Shown: positions 41,553-52,665 of the stretch, piece after piece
Layout of the letters: each line of letters begins with the position of its first letter
Position numbering within the stretch: position 1 is the stretch's first letter
Origin: Podarcis gaigeae
Taxonomy: Eukaryota
Assembly (NCBI GenBank): GCA_964106915.2
Contig: OZ066923.1
DNA length: 64,000 nucleotides
Direction: 5' to 3' (one strand)
Position numbers and translations under genes: made by a program
Notes under the pieces: generated by a model
Seen by the model: the letters and a program-made list of their open reading frames with translations, nothing else
Told to the model about the DNA's origin: nothing
Databases searched by the model: none

Positions 41553-41748
41553 AAGGGAAGTGCCATGACTCAGTGGTGCATGATTTGCATGGAAAATACC
41601 CCTGGGTTCAACTCCCAGCATCTCTACATATTGCTGCGGGAGCTCCCTGCCTGTAATGCTGGAGAACTACTGCCAGTCAGTGCAGACAGTGCTTTGCTAG
41701 ATGGACCCAATGGTTAGACTCAATGTAAGGCAGTATCCTATATTCCTA
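41553..41748 (+). mobile_element. tRNA-derived SINE (Squam3-like)
   Basis: actcagtgg..tttgcatgg..gggttcaactccc..tgccagtcagtgcagac..ctagatggacc..aaggcag..cctatattcct. Confidence 0.75.
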
Positions 41749-43411
41749 ATGCTTTGTGAACTGGCCAATGTATCCAGGTCTCATATTTTGAGACTCCACA
41801 AGATTGAAGTATATAAAATGCTTGTGGATGCTCCCACTTTGCCAGTCCTGAAGGATTTGTCTACTTTTAAGAGACTTAGGCTGCAATCCTGTACACACTT
41901 ACTTGGGAACCCAACTACTTCTGAGTAAACATGTGTAGGATTTTGCAGGTGGAGTTATATCTTCACCACTAAGTTTCTGGTGGGTGCTACTGAGGGCAAT
42001 TTAGGACTCTGGCTCCAATGGAGAGACTGTAGCAGGACAAATTGTACCCAGGAAAAGAATTTGTACCCTGATACCAAAATAAGCAAAAGAGGGCCTCATT
42101 TATGTTAGCCTTTGGGGAACAGAGGGGCTGCTTGGTGCTGATGTGGTTATTACATCTTCACACATGCGATAACTGACTTCCTCTCTTCCTTCAGTACTGT
42201 CATCATATACCATATGCTTTCATCTAGACATCACCCACCATTCCATGTTTGAGTTTTGACATGTTCACACCTCCTACCACAGTATCTGAGTGCTGCAGAA
42301 GGCTTAGAAAATAACTTAATGGAGGTTTGAAATATTGAAAGGGAGACATCTTATTATTAAGGAATCATAAATCCTAATTCAGTGCAATAGTAGGCAGGCA
42401 GTTTTCAGAGTGAAAGCAAGTGTATGCTACTAGGAGACGACAAAATTGTTTGGGCTTTCCTCCATGCAGATCCTTTATCTGGATTTATTTTAACTGCCTT
42501 GGGTAGAATGGTGACTGTTTATAGTGTCTGCAATAATGTCAATCTGGGATACAATTCCCTCGGGCCCTTCACTCACTTGAAATAATCCACTAGCAAACAT
42601 TGTTCATTCTCGGCAGTTGCAGAACAATCCAGTCTTACAAAATGGACCCTAGCAGCAAAGCTCCAGAGCAAAGTGGTCTCTGCTTCTGGAATGACCTCAG
42701 CTGACAAAAGAGGAGGAGCCCCTAGTTTTCTGACCTTTGTGACAAATCTGTCCATGTGTTCTATAGTGTGCAAAGTATCCCCCTTTCTATTGTATAGCAG
42801 CACCTTGGAAAGGATCTGTCCCTGCTTCCCCAGCTTTGAACCAACTCCTAAGTTTTTTTTCCCTGAAATTCACAAGTTGCAGAGAATTATTTGAGGGTAA
42901 GATATACTGACCCTGTTTGCGACTAGATTTATGACTAAAACGGGACAGAACCCATTACCAGAACTCTCTCAAAGTATGGGGAAAGTTCAGATCCAGATTT
43001 TTGAAAGGTGGCATGGTAAACAATGGAGGGGCTTGTCCCTTGTGGCAAGCAGGATAGTGCCCCACCAACCTTAGTCTGCTCTCAACCACTTGCCTTTTTA
43101 CTTAAAACCAATCCAGTGGGTAGCATTTCCTATTGGCTGCTTCCTCCTTAATCTCAGTGTTGCCCTCGATAAACTCAGTAGAGAGAAAGATGGAGACAAA
43201 ACTAGAATTAATTGGCTCTGGCTCCACCCACTATTGACTTTCCAGCCTTTTACTGGTGGTGAAGAGGGTAATATATAAGCTTGGAAACCCCCGTTTCAAT
43301 CTGAAATATGAGCCCATTAAAAGAGGCCACTATCTCTTAACCTTATCGTCCACCTCACATAACATAGCTATCATAATACTGGCCTACCTAACAGGGTTGT
43401 TCTGATTGGTT

Positions 43412-43468
<57 letters not shown>

Positions 43469-43494
43469 GGCTCTCAGTGGGTGAGGGTCTAAAA

Positions 43495-43539
<45 letters not shown>
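43412..43539. repeat. (GATA)n followed by (ATT)n microsatellites
   Basis: Visible at about 43412-43466 and 43496-43539. Confidence 0.95.
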
Positions 43540-44839
43540 GCCAAGCTGCAATACCATAGAATAACATTTCCATACGCTGCATGGTAAGTAGGTCTAGAAA
43601 TCAGCTGAGGTCCAAACAATTCCTACTTTAATTTTAAAATAAATAAAGACAGGCAATGAAATGGATGCATTGTGGCAGGCTGCTGTGAATAAGAGATGCA
43701 TGTGTGCGCCCTGTCTCATTCAGCACACACATTTCTCTGATCTTGTTTGCGCGCGCGCACACACACACACACACAGACAGGCGGACACACACAGAGGAAA
43801 TGATTAGAAAGCCCTCCCCTCCCCCCTTTTTCTCCCTGCTTTTCCTCTCAGTGCCTCCTGCTTTCTTCTGAGTAAATCCTTCCTATGTATCAAAAACTAC
43901 AAAAAGGTAGCCTGTGCCCTTTTCCTCCCCCTGCTTCCACCAGCATGACACCTTCACAAAGGTTCACTGATCTCCGGGACCAGCCTCCAGGGCAGCAGTG
44001 GGAGGGGGGAAGGGATGAGACAACTATTTTTGGCTCCTCTTGCAGCACGGCATCTCTTGGTTCATGTTTTGTAGCATGATTCTCATGCGGTGCATCAGTG
44101 GAACAGGGGCACAAAAAAACAAATCCAAGAGAAAGTGCCTTATCACATTCAAATCTTCTTTGCTGGCATCTGAACTTTCTATGGACAAGCTCTTAGTCCA
44201 CAAACATACTCGTTTTTTCTTCCTTCGTATTCCTTGTCCGTATCTTCGTTTTGCCCAGCTTTCTTTCTTTCTTTTAAAGAAGCAACTCAGTCTAGAAATT
44301 GTGCCTATAAAACTGTGACTAGTTAAAGTGGTACTTCTCTCCTCCCTTCACCCCTTTATTTCTGGGCAAGTTTCCATATGAAATTGTTCTTGATGGGAAT
44401 GCAAGAAGATCCAGTATTCAGGGAGATGGGGTAGGCATAAGCAACGGCGATCCAAACTACTGACTCTCACGGTGCCTATTCTCTGAGGCTATAACTATCT
44501 TTGCCACTGAGGAAGCGTTATGCCTTATCACTGGCTGGCAGGCACTATTTCTTCTAGCCCTCTGCATCTGACTTTGATTACCCACAACTATCCGCACTGG
44601 ACTCATCATCACCTGCCACTCTGTCAATCAAATGACTGGCCCGTGGCTTTGGTCATTTGTGTTCTCCCTCAGAATTGCCTTTTCATGCACACAGAAAGTG
44701 AGGGAGATTGATCCATCAGCCTCGTAAATCCCTCCCTAAATCAGTGAATACCCTCTGGACAGAATGGCAAAGGGCAGACAAGTGGAAGCAATTTTCCCAG
44801 CGGTCAGATGGTACCACAGAGACAAGATCCGCTACTTAC

Positions 44840-45250
44840 AGTTCTCCGCTGGCTGGGATGGAGTCTCTTTAGAGTTGCCAAACCCTGTTGTGGGTATCCC
44901 AACGTTTCTGTGCAAGCGATGTGCAGGCAGGCAGGCAAGCGCTCGTAAAGCGCCGCTCGGCATCATCCCCCTTCGCCCTGCATGATGCCAAGACTCTGGA
45001 ACCATCGAAAGTGCAGCAGTGGAGTAAAGGGGAGATAGCTGTGTGCAATAGGGACGGCAGTCAGCTGAATAATCGAGAAAGCGCCAAGTGGGGAGGAGAG
45101 GGAAGAGAGAAAGAGAGAGCAAGAGACGGAGCAGGGTGGAGTGACAGCTGGGGGTACATCTGTGATGACAGCAGCAGTGCACACACAGAGAGGGGGGAAG
45201 CATGCATGCACATTCAGACACACAGGCTCACCCAGTGAGAAGGAGCCGAC
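44840..45250 (-). promoter_or_regulatory. Candidate distal promoter / non-coding first exon of LRTM2
   Basis: Clear local CpG enrichment in an otherwise CpG-poor window, no recognisable repeat, and a minus-strand donor CT|gtaagt at 44840/44839. Confidence 0.5.
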
Positions 45251-45739
45251 CCAGACAAGCAAGCAGAATCTACTCTCAAAACATCTACAGTCTTAGAGTC
45301 TGTCAGGAGCTTGAAAGCTCAGAATTACCCTCATCTTCTCCTTGGGAAACAGCAGGTGCTTTTGTATTGCTTGAACTCCCTTCACCCCTTTTTGAGAAGC
45401 AGGAGCAGATAATCAGGAGGGATTTAAGCATCCTCCTTCCTTTCTTCCCCTTGTTATGAAGCAGCGGGAGGTATGGGGAAGAAAGGAGACTAATTGTGCA
45501 CAATAAAAAACACAGTGAAAAGTGAAGGAGTTGGCTGCCTGCCAGGATTTGGAATAGGATTTGGAATAGGCACAGAGTAGGGGGTTAAGGGGCCAGAGTG
45601 GAAGACAGCACCCAGGCTCTTTGGCAACCTGGAAAGCAGAAAGGAGAAAATACAGTTTGTCTCCAAGATGGACTGAAACTTGACTCTGGATAAAGAGCTA
45701 GCAGCTACAACAGCATGGCAGAAAAAGTAGCCTATGGTG

Positions 45740-45835
45740 GAAGGGTTATAGCTCAGTGGTAGAGCATCTGTTTGGATGCAAAAGGCTCTGGGTTCAATCC
45801 CCAGCATCCCTAGATAGGGCTGAGACTGAGAGCTG
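45740..45835 (+). mobile_element. tRNA-derived SINE head (Squam3-like)
   Basis: tagctcagtggtagagcatctg...gggttcaatccccagcatc. Confidence 0.7.
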
Positions 45836-46603
45836 AGCGACACAATATGAAGAAATATGATTCCTGTACAAACACCCTCCTATAATTCTTCCATCCCTAG
45901 TCAGTCACCTCAGTCTGCATAATGTGTAGATTGGGTATCAGTCCAGGAGGACCTGCTCAGCTATCTCTATGAAATCTTTCATATTATGTCCTTTTTTGTT
46001 TCCTGCAAATTTTCATTTCTGTCAAACATCTTTCTTCTGCCCTCGATTTCCCTTCCCAAAGCTTAGTCCAGCAAGAATTACCCTTCATCCTATGTGCTCT
46101 AACTGCATTCCCTCCAATGTCACCTCTCCTTTTTTTAGATTGTATTTGCTTTACTTCCATTTTTAATTATTTTTAGACTGTTCTGAAGTTACTTTTTAAG
46201 TATAATGGCTCTTAGACATTCAGCAAAATAGGACAAGCACTTGATGGGCAGACATTTTTCACTTACTAAAAGGATAAAATAGATAAAAAGAGGTCTCTTT
46301 CTGGTTACTCTCAGGTCCTCCTTTATGAAATGATGCCCTTTTTAAAAGGCAAACCAACTGCCATGGCAGAATAATGTAGACAGGAGTGTATTGAACCAGG
46401 TAGAAAGGAATAGAGTTTGCAGCATGGACAAAGTGAAAATTATTTTCAAAGAGTTGTCTCGGGTCTGCCACGCTTAGTAAAATTAGAAAAACATTCTGCA
46501 GCAAGACTTCATTAAGTTCAGTTTTTATACTGCTGCATCCCAAGGTTCATGATGGGTAACAATACAATACAGAACACCCAATGAAATTTAAATTACCACT
46601 GCC

Positions 46604-46937
46604 ATAAGAACATAAGAAAAGCTGTGCTGGATCAGACCAAAGGCCTATCTCTTCCAGCACTCTGTTCCACAGTGCACAACCAGATATCTGTGGTTCCACA
46701 GGCAGGACAATAGCACAACAGCACTTTCCTCCCCATGATCCCCAGCAACTAGAACACTGCTTCAGAGGTCTAATACCTTTAATGCTGGAGGTCATGCATA
46801 GTCATCATGTCTAGTAGTAATTGATAGCCTTAGTCTTCAGGAATTTGTCTAATCCCTTTTCAAAGCCATTCATACTGGAGGCCATTTTTATATCTTGTGG
46901 CAGCAAATTTTGAAGTTTAACTATGTGCAGTGTGAAT
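46604..46937 (-). mobile_element. CR1-type LINE 3' end fragment
   Basis: (cataagaa)2 octamer tail followed by gctggatcagaccaaaggcc...gaatttgtctaatccctttt, typical of reptile CR1 3' ends (family name from recall). Confidence 0.7.
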
Positions 46938-47152
46938 AGGCTTAGCACTAGCTATTAAAAGCCAAGCTAAGTAACTAATTTTTGCAGTCCTTCGAGAAGG
47001 CATAATGGGTTCAGATTTTGAGGGATTTGTATGTGTTATAATTGTCTGTTAACTTACAGTAACTGGGACCAGTTTTCTTAGCCATTATGGTGCAAAGGAG
47101 CCATCTTTCTTCTCTCTGTCTCTCTCTCAGAGATGGAACTGCACAACAGAAC

Positions 47153-47190
47153 TTCCTTCCTTCCTTCCTTCCTTCCTTCCTTCCTTCCTT

Positions 47191-47222
<32 letters not shown>

Positions 47223-47229
47223 CCTTCCT
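47153..47229. repeat. (CCTT)n microsatellite
   Basis: Directly visible; source of the spurious RKEG-repeat ORF. Confidence 0.95.
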
Positions 47230-50200
47230 GTAGTCTGAAACCAGTGGGACAATGGACAAGATCCTGATGGCATGAAAAAATGGGTTGCAGTAATAGGGTC
47301 CAAGATTACAAAACCATTGTATGTGAAGGTGGTTCCAAGAACTGGCTCCCATTAGCCTACTGTGTTCCAAAACATCCCAACTGAAACCTACTCAGATTAG
47401 GGGACATGTAATGAAATCTTCCTTTCCAAAATTATTGGTTTACTCTGCCACCAAAGAAAGATCTAGGAGTGGTGACCCTCCTTCTTGGTCATAAGCATTG
47501 ATGCTAGGCTAACAAGCTTTTATATTTACATAGATAAATCAATATACCCCCAAAGGCCAACTGAAATGCACATCCTTTGGTGCCTGACAGATTCTGGGCA
47601 GTGATGGAGACAGTTGGCATCTCCCCTGAACAGGCGTTCTACAGTTGTCATGCCACAATGGAAAAGGCCATATCCTACCTGCCCACGTTTCTCATATGTT
47701 AATCTTGCTGTTCAAGAAGTACATATGGGCAGATGTTTTACTGAAGCATTTATTGAAATAAATTCAGAAAATGTGAGTCAGAGAACTTAAATGTCAATTT
47801 CTCAGACTCACACCTTTTGAAAACATTTTCCTTACAACCCTTGGCAGAGGTTACCCCATGTTGTCATTTCAGTTACATAGGGCTGTCAAGTTCCAAACTG
47901 CTTTTGGGGATTGATCTGGCCCACAAGCTGCTAGCAGGATATCCCTGGTCTGAGGCCTTCTATATCTGGCTTCTCTCACAAACATTTCTACCTGGGTAGA
48001 GATACCCTTTTAAATTACGTAATGTGTCCCTTTTAAATTACGTAAAATTGTGACTAGGAAAGAAGATGCGTCCCTTCCATTTCTGCATGTTTTTGAAGGA
48101 CAAGCTGCAAGTGATAGAGAACTAATACAGTATAATATAGGTTAGGATCCATATAGCTAGTTTGGTGTACTGAAAGGGGCTTTTCGTTGTGTTCTCGAAC
48201 ACCTTCCTTTCTTCCTGCCTTCCTTTCCACATGGTAAGTTGCTTTTTAATCCAAGGGAAGCTTACTGTTAGAGGCCATTGAATACCAATTGCTGGGAATC
48301 ACAGGTAGGGAGAATGCTGTTGCACTCAGCTTTGGCTTGCAGGTTTCTCACTGGCATTTGGTTTGTCACTGTGATTCAGCATGGTTTTTCCTATGCTCTT
48401 ACACATGCACCCTATGCATAAATGCATGCAGCCCGAACAGTGACAAGTGCCATATCTGGTATCGGTAGCTTGAGTACAAATTGCTGTACAAGAATGTACT
48501 ACATGGCTAGCCCTGAACTTTGGCTTGCTTCTTACTCCCACTCCACTCGCACACAAACTTCCCTGTCCCCCCCCCACACCATTTATCTACCTTCTCCATT
48601 TGTTGATATGAAGCTTATTAACTACTTAGTAATCTTCACTTTTGACATAACTGTATTGTATTGACCCTCCTGCTAATTACTAAATGCAGTGGGATTTACT
48701 TGTGTATTCTGTTGGATGGATGGAAAACAGATTCTTCTTTACCATGTTTTTCATTCCCTTTGCACAATCTGCCAGGATTTAGATTTCTTCTGGTGAAAAC
48801 ATGAAATGCTTAGTACTTTCATGTTCTTCTAAGGTTTGTTGTTCTGGCATTATCCACTAAAGAGTTGTAAGAAAGCTGCAGGCCAGTGATATGATCTAGT
48901 TGTGATAAAGGAAATGGTTCTCACTTGAATGGTTTCAAGGGATAACAGGGAATTTACCCTGTGTACAAAGGCAGAATGTCTTTTAAACCAAATCTGCAAA
49001 CAGCCTCATTTACAGCCTATGATGTTTTCGCATCAAATAGTACCAGAGGGATATTAGTTGCAGGTCCTTACCAAATAATATGGGTTTTTCATGGGTAAGT
49101 GCTCAGGAACTAGTAAAATTGGAGGAGGGTAGTGGTGATTGCAGTATCCCAGCCCTCAAAATGTTTAGAACCAGGTCCTGGAGAAATGTAGGTAATTATT
49201 CCTTTTACAAGCAACTCCACAGCAATAAGCACTGCTGTTTTGAATATTGTTGCTGTGTTGCATGCACCTATTGTTTCTACGATTTCACTGGTGAATAATA
49301 TACTCCTTCTTGTACCAAAATACCTGTGACATCTTGAAGCCTATTTTTAAAGTTAATGTTTTATTTTTATTTTACTTTTTTAGACTTGATAGTTGCTTTA
49401 CTGTACTACTGAAAGAGTTACGTGAGCCCACTCCATTAAAGATAAATAAATCCTACCCCTCCAGCATAGCAACTGCTGATAATTTTAGAATGGGTTGTCT
49501 TTTGTCTTACCTTTTTCACCTTTGCAATCCACCTCACCAGTACTGGGTCAAAAAAGAGAAATGGCACAGGAGTGACATAGGCTGCAGTCCTGTGCATATT
49601 TACCTGGAAATAAGGCCCATTGGGGGCATGATAGATCCCTGAGGATGGATCTATAGTAGTAGAATTGTTATTGGCATCCGTCTATTTCAGAAGACAATTT
49701 AGGAGTGCACTTTTGGGGATGAAGTCAAACTATTGGAGGCTTACATCGCCTGCTGTGGCTGTAGAGATCAATATGGGAGAGACGTGTTTTGTTGTAGCTG
49801 GGGCAGATGAAGACATCTTGTTGTGCTGCTGCAGATGCACCATGGCATTTCTTCTATCTGTGCTCCTCTCAGTGGTCATTCCTCCTTTGGTCACTGCTAT
49901 GGATGCCTTTCCAGTTTAAATGGTCAAAACACCTCAACCTACTACCCCCTTCCGTATTTTAAATCTCCCTTTTATTTTATTCTTTTATTTTAATATCCTT
50001 TTTTGTATTATTACAAGAATTGCCACACAAAAGCTTCAATTAAAAAATAAGGATCAGGTACAATCTTGATCCATGAGAATATGGAGATTCACTACTAGTC
50101 AGAGTAGACAGTTCTGAGTTAAGTGGACAATTTGATGACTGAAAAGTGGCTGTAAAAATGTATAGATTTGCACTGTAAAAGTGACAGGAGAGTATGTCTC

Positions 50201-51424
50201 ATGGTTATACTCACCTCCGGCCAGGCTCCTCAATTCTTTCCCATGGGGCCAGGCTTGTGGTGTTTCTTTGCTGGCTCCTGCTTAGCACTCAGACTGAAAC
50301 CTGCCTTTTATTATTCTGTAAAGATCCTCACTGCTGCCTCTTCAGTGTAACTCAATGAATATTTAGCCAATAATGCCAGAGAAAAATTCAGTCTCTTCTT
50401 TTCTATTTCCATTACATCTTTACAACTTGGACCCAGATGAATCTTGTGTCTTGTCTGGTTGTGCATGTTCAGGAATTCAGGGAGAAGGCAGCTGTAGGAA
50501 ATAATTCCCTTCCTTATTCCACAACAGTCAGATTCATTTTATTATAAGAATGCTCTAAGATGTACCAGCAGTAGAAACATGACATGAAGGACACTGACAC
50601 CATGGCTCCGAGAGCAAAAATGATGTACTCTACCCCTGATGCTGGCTGCCAGGTTCAATGTACGCATAGCACAGAACTCTTTCCTCTATGGTTTTCACGC
50701 TTTCAAAGCTGCATTCCAACATCAGATTCCAAGGGTAAAGAGGCTAGTGTGGCATGAAGGCCAGGGGACTTATCTGTGAACCAAGATCTCAGTTTCAGAT
50801 CTTACCTCTGCCATGAACACACGAGATGACTTTAGGCAGACAACAGATGAGAAAGATTCCCCTCTCCAAGAACTGAAGGTAATTTGAAAATGCAAGCACT
50901 GCTCCTACTGTGTACTTTTGCCTCTGGTAAAAAGATTTTGCAGAGTTTTTATACATTTTCCAAAAGCCTTTGGAGTAAAGGCTTCTTTGGAACAAACAAG
51001 ACACATGTAGAGAACTTGGGAAGCAATACCTGTCTCCTGCCACTTTCAGCTCTCTTTAAGAATTACTGTATTTTCTGTTTGCAGCCTAAGAGTCTTCCTA
51101 TATTGCACTTTTGAATCATGATTATATCAGATGGCTTTTATAATCTGCAGCAACCAAAGGGGAAAGTGTTTTGGCAGCCTGTTGTATCTTGGTAGTGTTT
51201 AGTGGGAGGCAGGTGTCTGCACTTCAGCACAGCAGTTGATGCTTCCGTTTGCATCACCTTGTTAAACCCCTGACTCTCACTTTATGTTCTGACTCAGCAT
51301 CTACCTGTCATTTACACTTGGAAATGGTGCAATTTCTTCTGGTGACTGCATGGAAATAATTAGTTTCTTTCCCTAACATCTCTCTCTCTCTCTCCCCAAC
51401 CTACCTTGTTTTGTTTTTCCATAG

Positions 51425-51486
51425 CTGTGGGTGTGCAAATCAAACTAGAATTTCTTCAGCGTAAGTTTTGGATGGCTACACAGCAG
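51425..51486 (+). CDS. CACNA2D4: CACNA2D4 coding exon (62 nt): (A)VGVQIKLEFLQRKFWMATQQ
   Basis: Long pyrimidine tract ending ccatag|, donor CAG|gtaaga. Matches alpha2delta-4 GVQMKLEFLQRKFWAATRQ. Confidence 0.95.
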
Positions 51487-51872
51487 GTAAGAATGCTGAA
51501 GTATAGTACAAAAACAGAAGGTGATATATGGTGATGTTTTACTTGCCACATTTCCACAAAATCCTTTCTAAAATGTGTATTAAACAGATTTGTGCAATAG
51601 ATTAGTTTTTAAATGACACGTTTTGCTAATCCTTTGACAACTTCAATGCTGCATCAGCTGCCAGTCTGTTCTCAGAACGTCATGTTAACAGAACATCACA
51701 AGCCTGGCATGGCATTAAATCCACTGCAGCTGACACATTTAATTGTGGAATTATGTTTGTACCGATTCAGCCCTTCAAAATCTTGTTTGGTTTTAGGCAG
51801 AAAGTTTACCGACTCCCCTCTACCATCCTGATTGCACTGCGCTCCATCATGCTGTCTCTGCTTAATCTAGAT

Positions 51873-52181
51873 CAGGAGTCAGCAACCTTTTTCAGCCGTG
51901 GGCCGGTCCACCATGGGGGGGGGGGCGGACTATATTTTGGAGGGGGAAATGAACAAATTCCTATGCCCACAAATAACCTAGAGATGCATTTTAAATAAAA
52001 GCACACATTCTACTCATGTAAAAACACCAGGCAGGCCCCACAAATAACCCAGAGATGCATTTTAAATAAAAGGACACATTCTACTCATGTAAAAGCATGC
52101 TGATTCCCAGACCGTCGGTGGGCTGGATTTAGAAGGCGATTGGGCTTCATCCAGCCCCCAGGCTTTAGGTTGCCTACCCCG
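51873..52181. mobile_element. hAT-type MITE with an internal duplication of about 58 bp
   Basis: Imperfect TIRs caggagtcagcaacc / ggttgcctaccccg; TSD atctagat / atctaaat; cccacaaataacc..agagatgcattttaaataaaag..cacattctactcatgtaaaa occurs twice. Confidence 0.85.
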
Positions 52182-52399
52182 ATCTAAATGGCGATTCATT
52201 CTGCTTCAAACTATTTTCTTAAGGCTGAATTTAAAAGGGTGTTGTTGATACAATCTAATAGTACTGTGGTTGTAAGCACTTTCTGTACTACTAGTTGCAT
52301 TTGCTGCTAGTTCACTTCAGGGCTTAATTTAACGTGCCCACACCAGTGTTTAAATCCCCAAATACCTGAAGACTGCTTCCTTTCCTATAGATCCTATTG

Positions 52400-52665
52400 G
52401 GTGTTAAGATAGGAAGAGGGGCCCCTCTTGATAGTTTCGTTGCCCCAGAAGCTTGGAATGGTGGTAGCCTGGGAAAGGACATTCTCTGTGGCAGCCCCTG
52501 TTGTGGAACTCCCCTTTTTACACTGGCATTTGACACCTGAGATGTATATTTTTAGGACCCACCTCATTTTTGTGATTGTAAGTCATTTTAAACTGTTTTT
52601 AATGTTGTATTTTAGGTTGTTGTAACCCACCCTGGGACCTTAAGGTGAATGCAGGAAAAGTTAAA
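52400..52665 (+). mobile_element. Old L2-type LINE 3' end
   Basis: aggacattctctgtggcagcccct..gtggaactccc (RAFSVAAPxLWN-like) followed by a T-rich UTR and gtaacccaccctggga. Confidence 0.6.

Noticed and set aside
42120-42142. Partial REST/NRSE-like motif ggggctgcttggtgctga
   Set aside because: Half-site spacing is 2 nt short and the GGACAG half is poor.
44832-45262. Overlapping 99-129 aa ORFs in the CpG-rich block
   Set aside because: No recognisable protein features; long ORFs are expected in GC-rich, low-complexity promoter or UTR sequence.
25283-45835. tRNA-like sequences at about 25290, 29415, 41570 and 45750 (also 58560-58607 and 62500)
   Set aside because: They have A/B boxes but no complete cloverleaf, and they continue into shared SINE bodies. 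They are SINE heads, not tRNA genes.
51960-52100. Repeat-spacer-repeat pattern superficially like a CRISPR unit
   Set aside because: Only two copies, inside a TIR/TSD-bounded MITE in a vertebrate genome; no cas genes.
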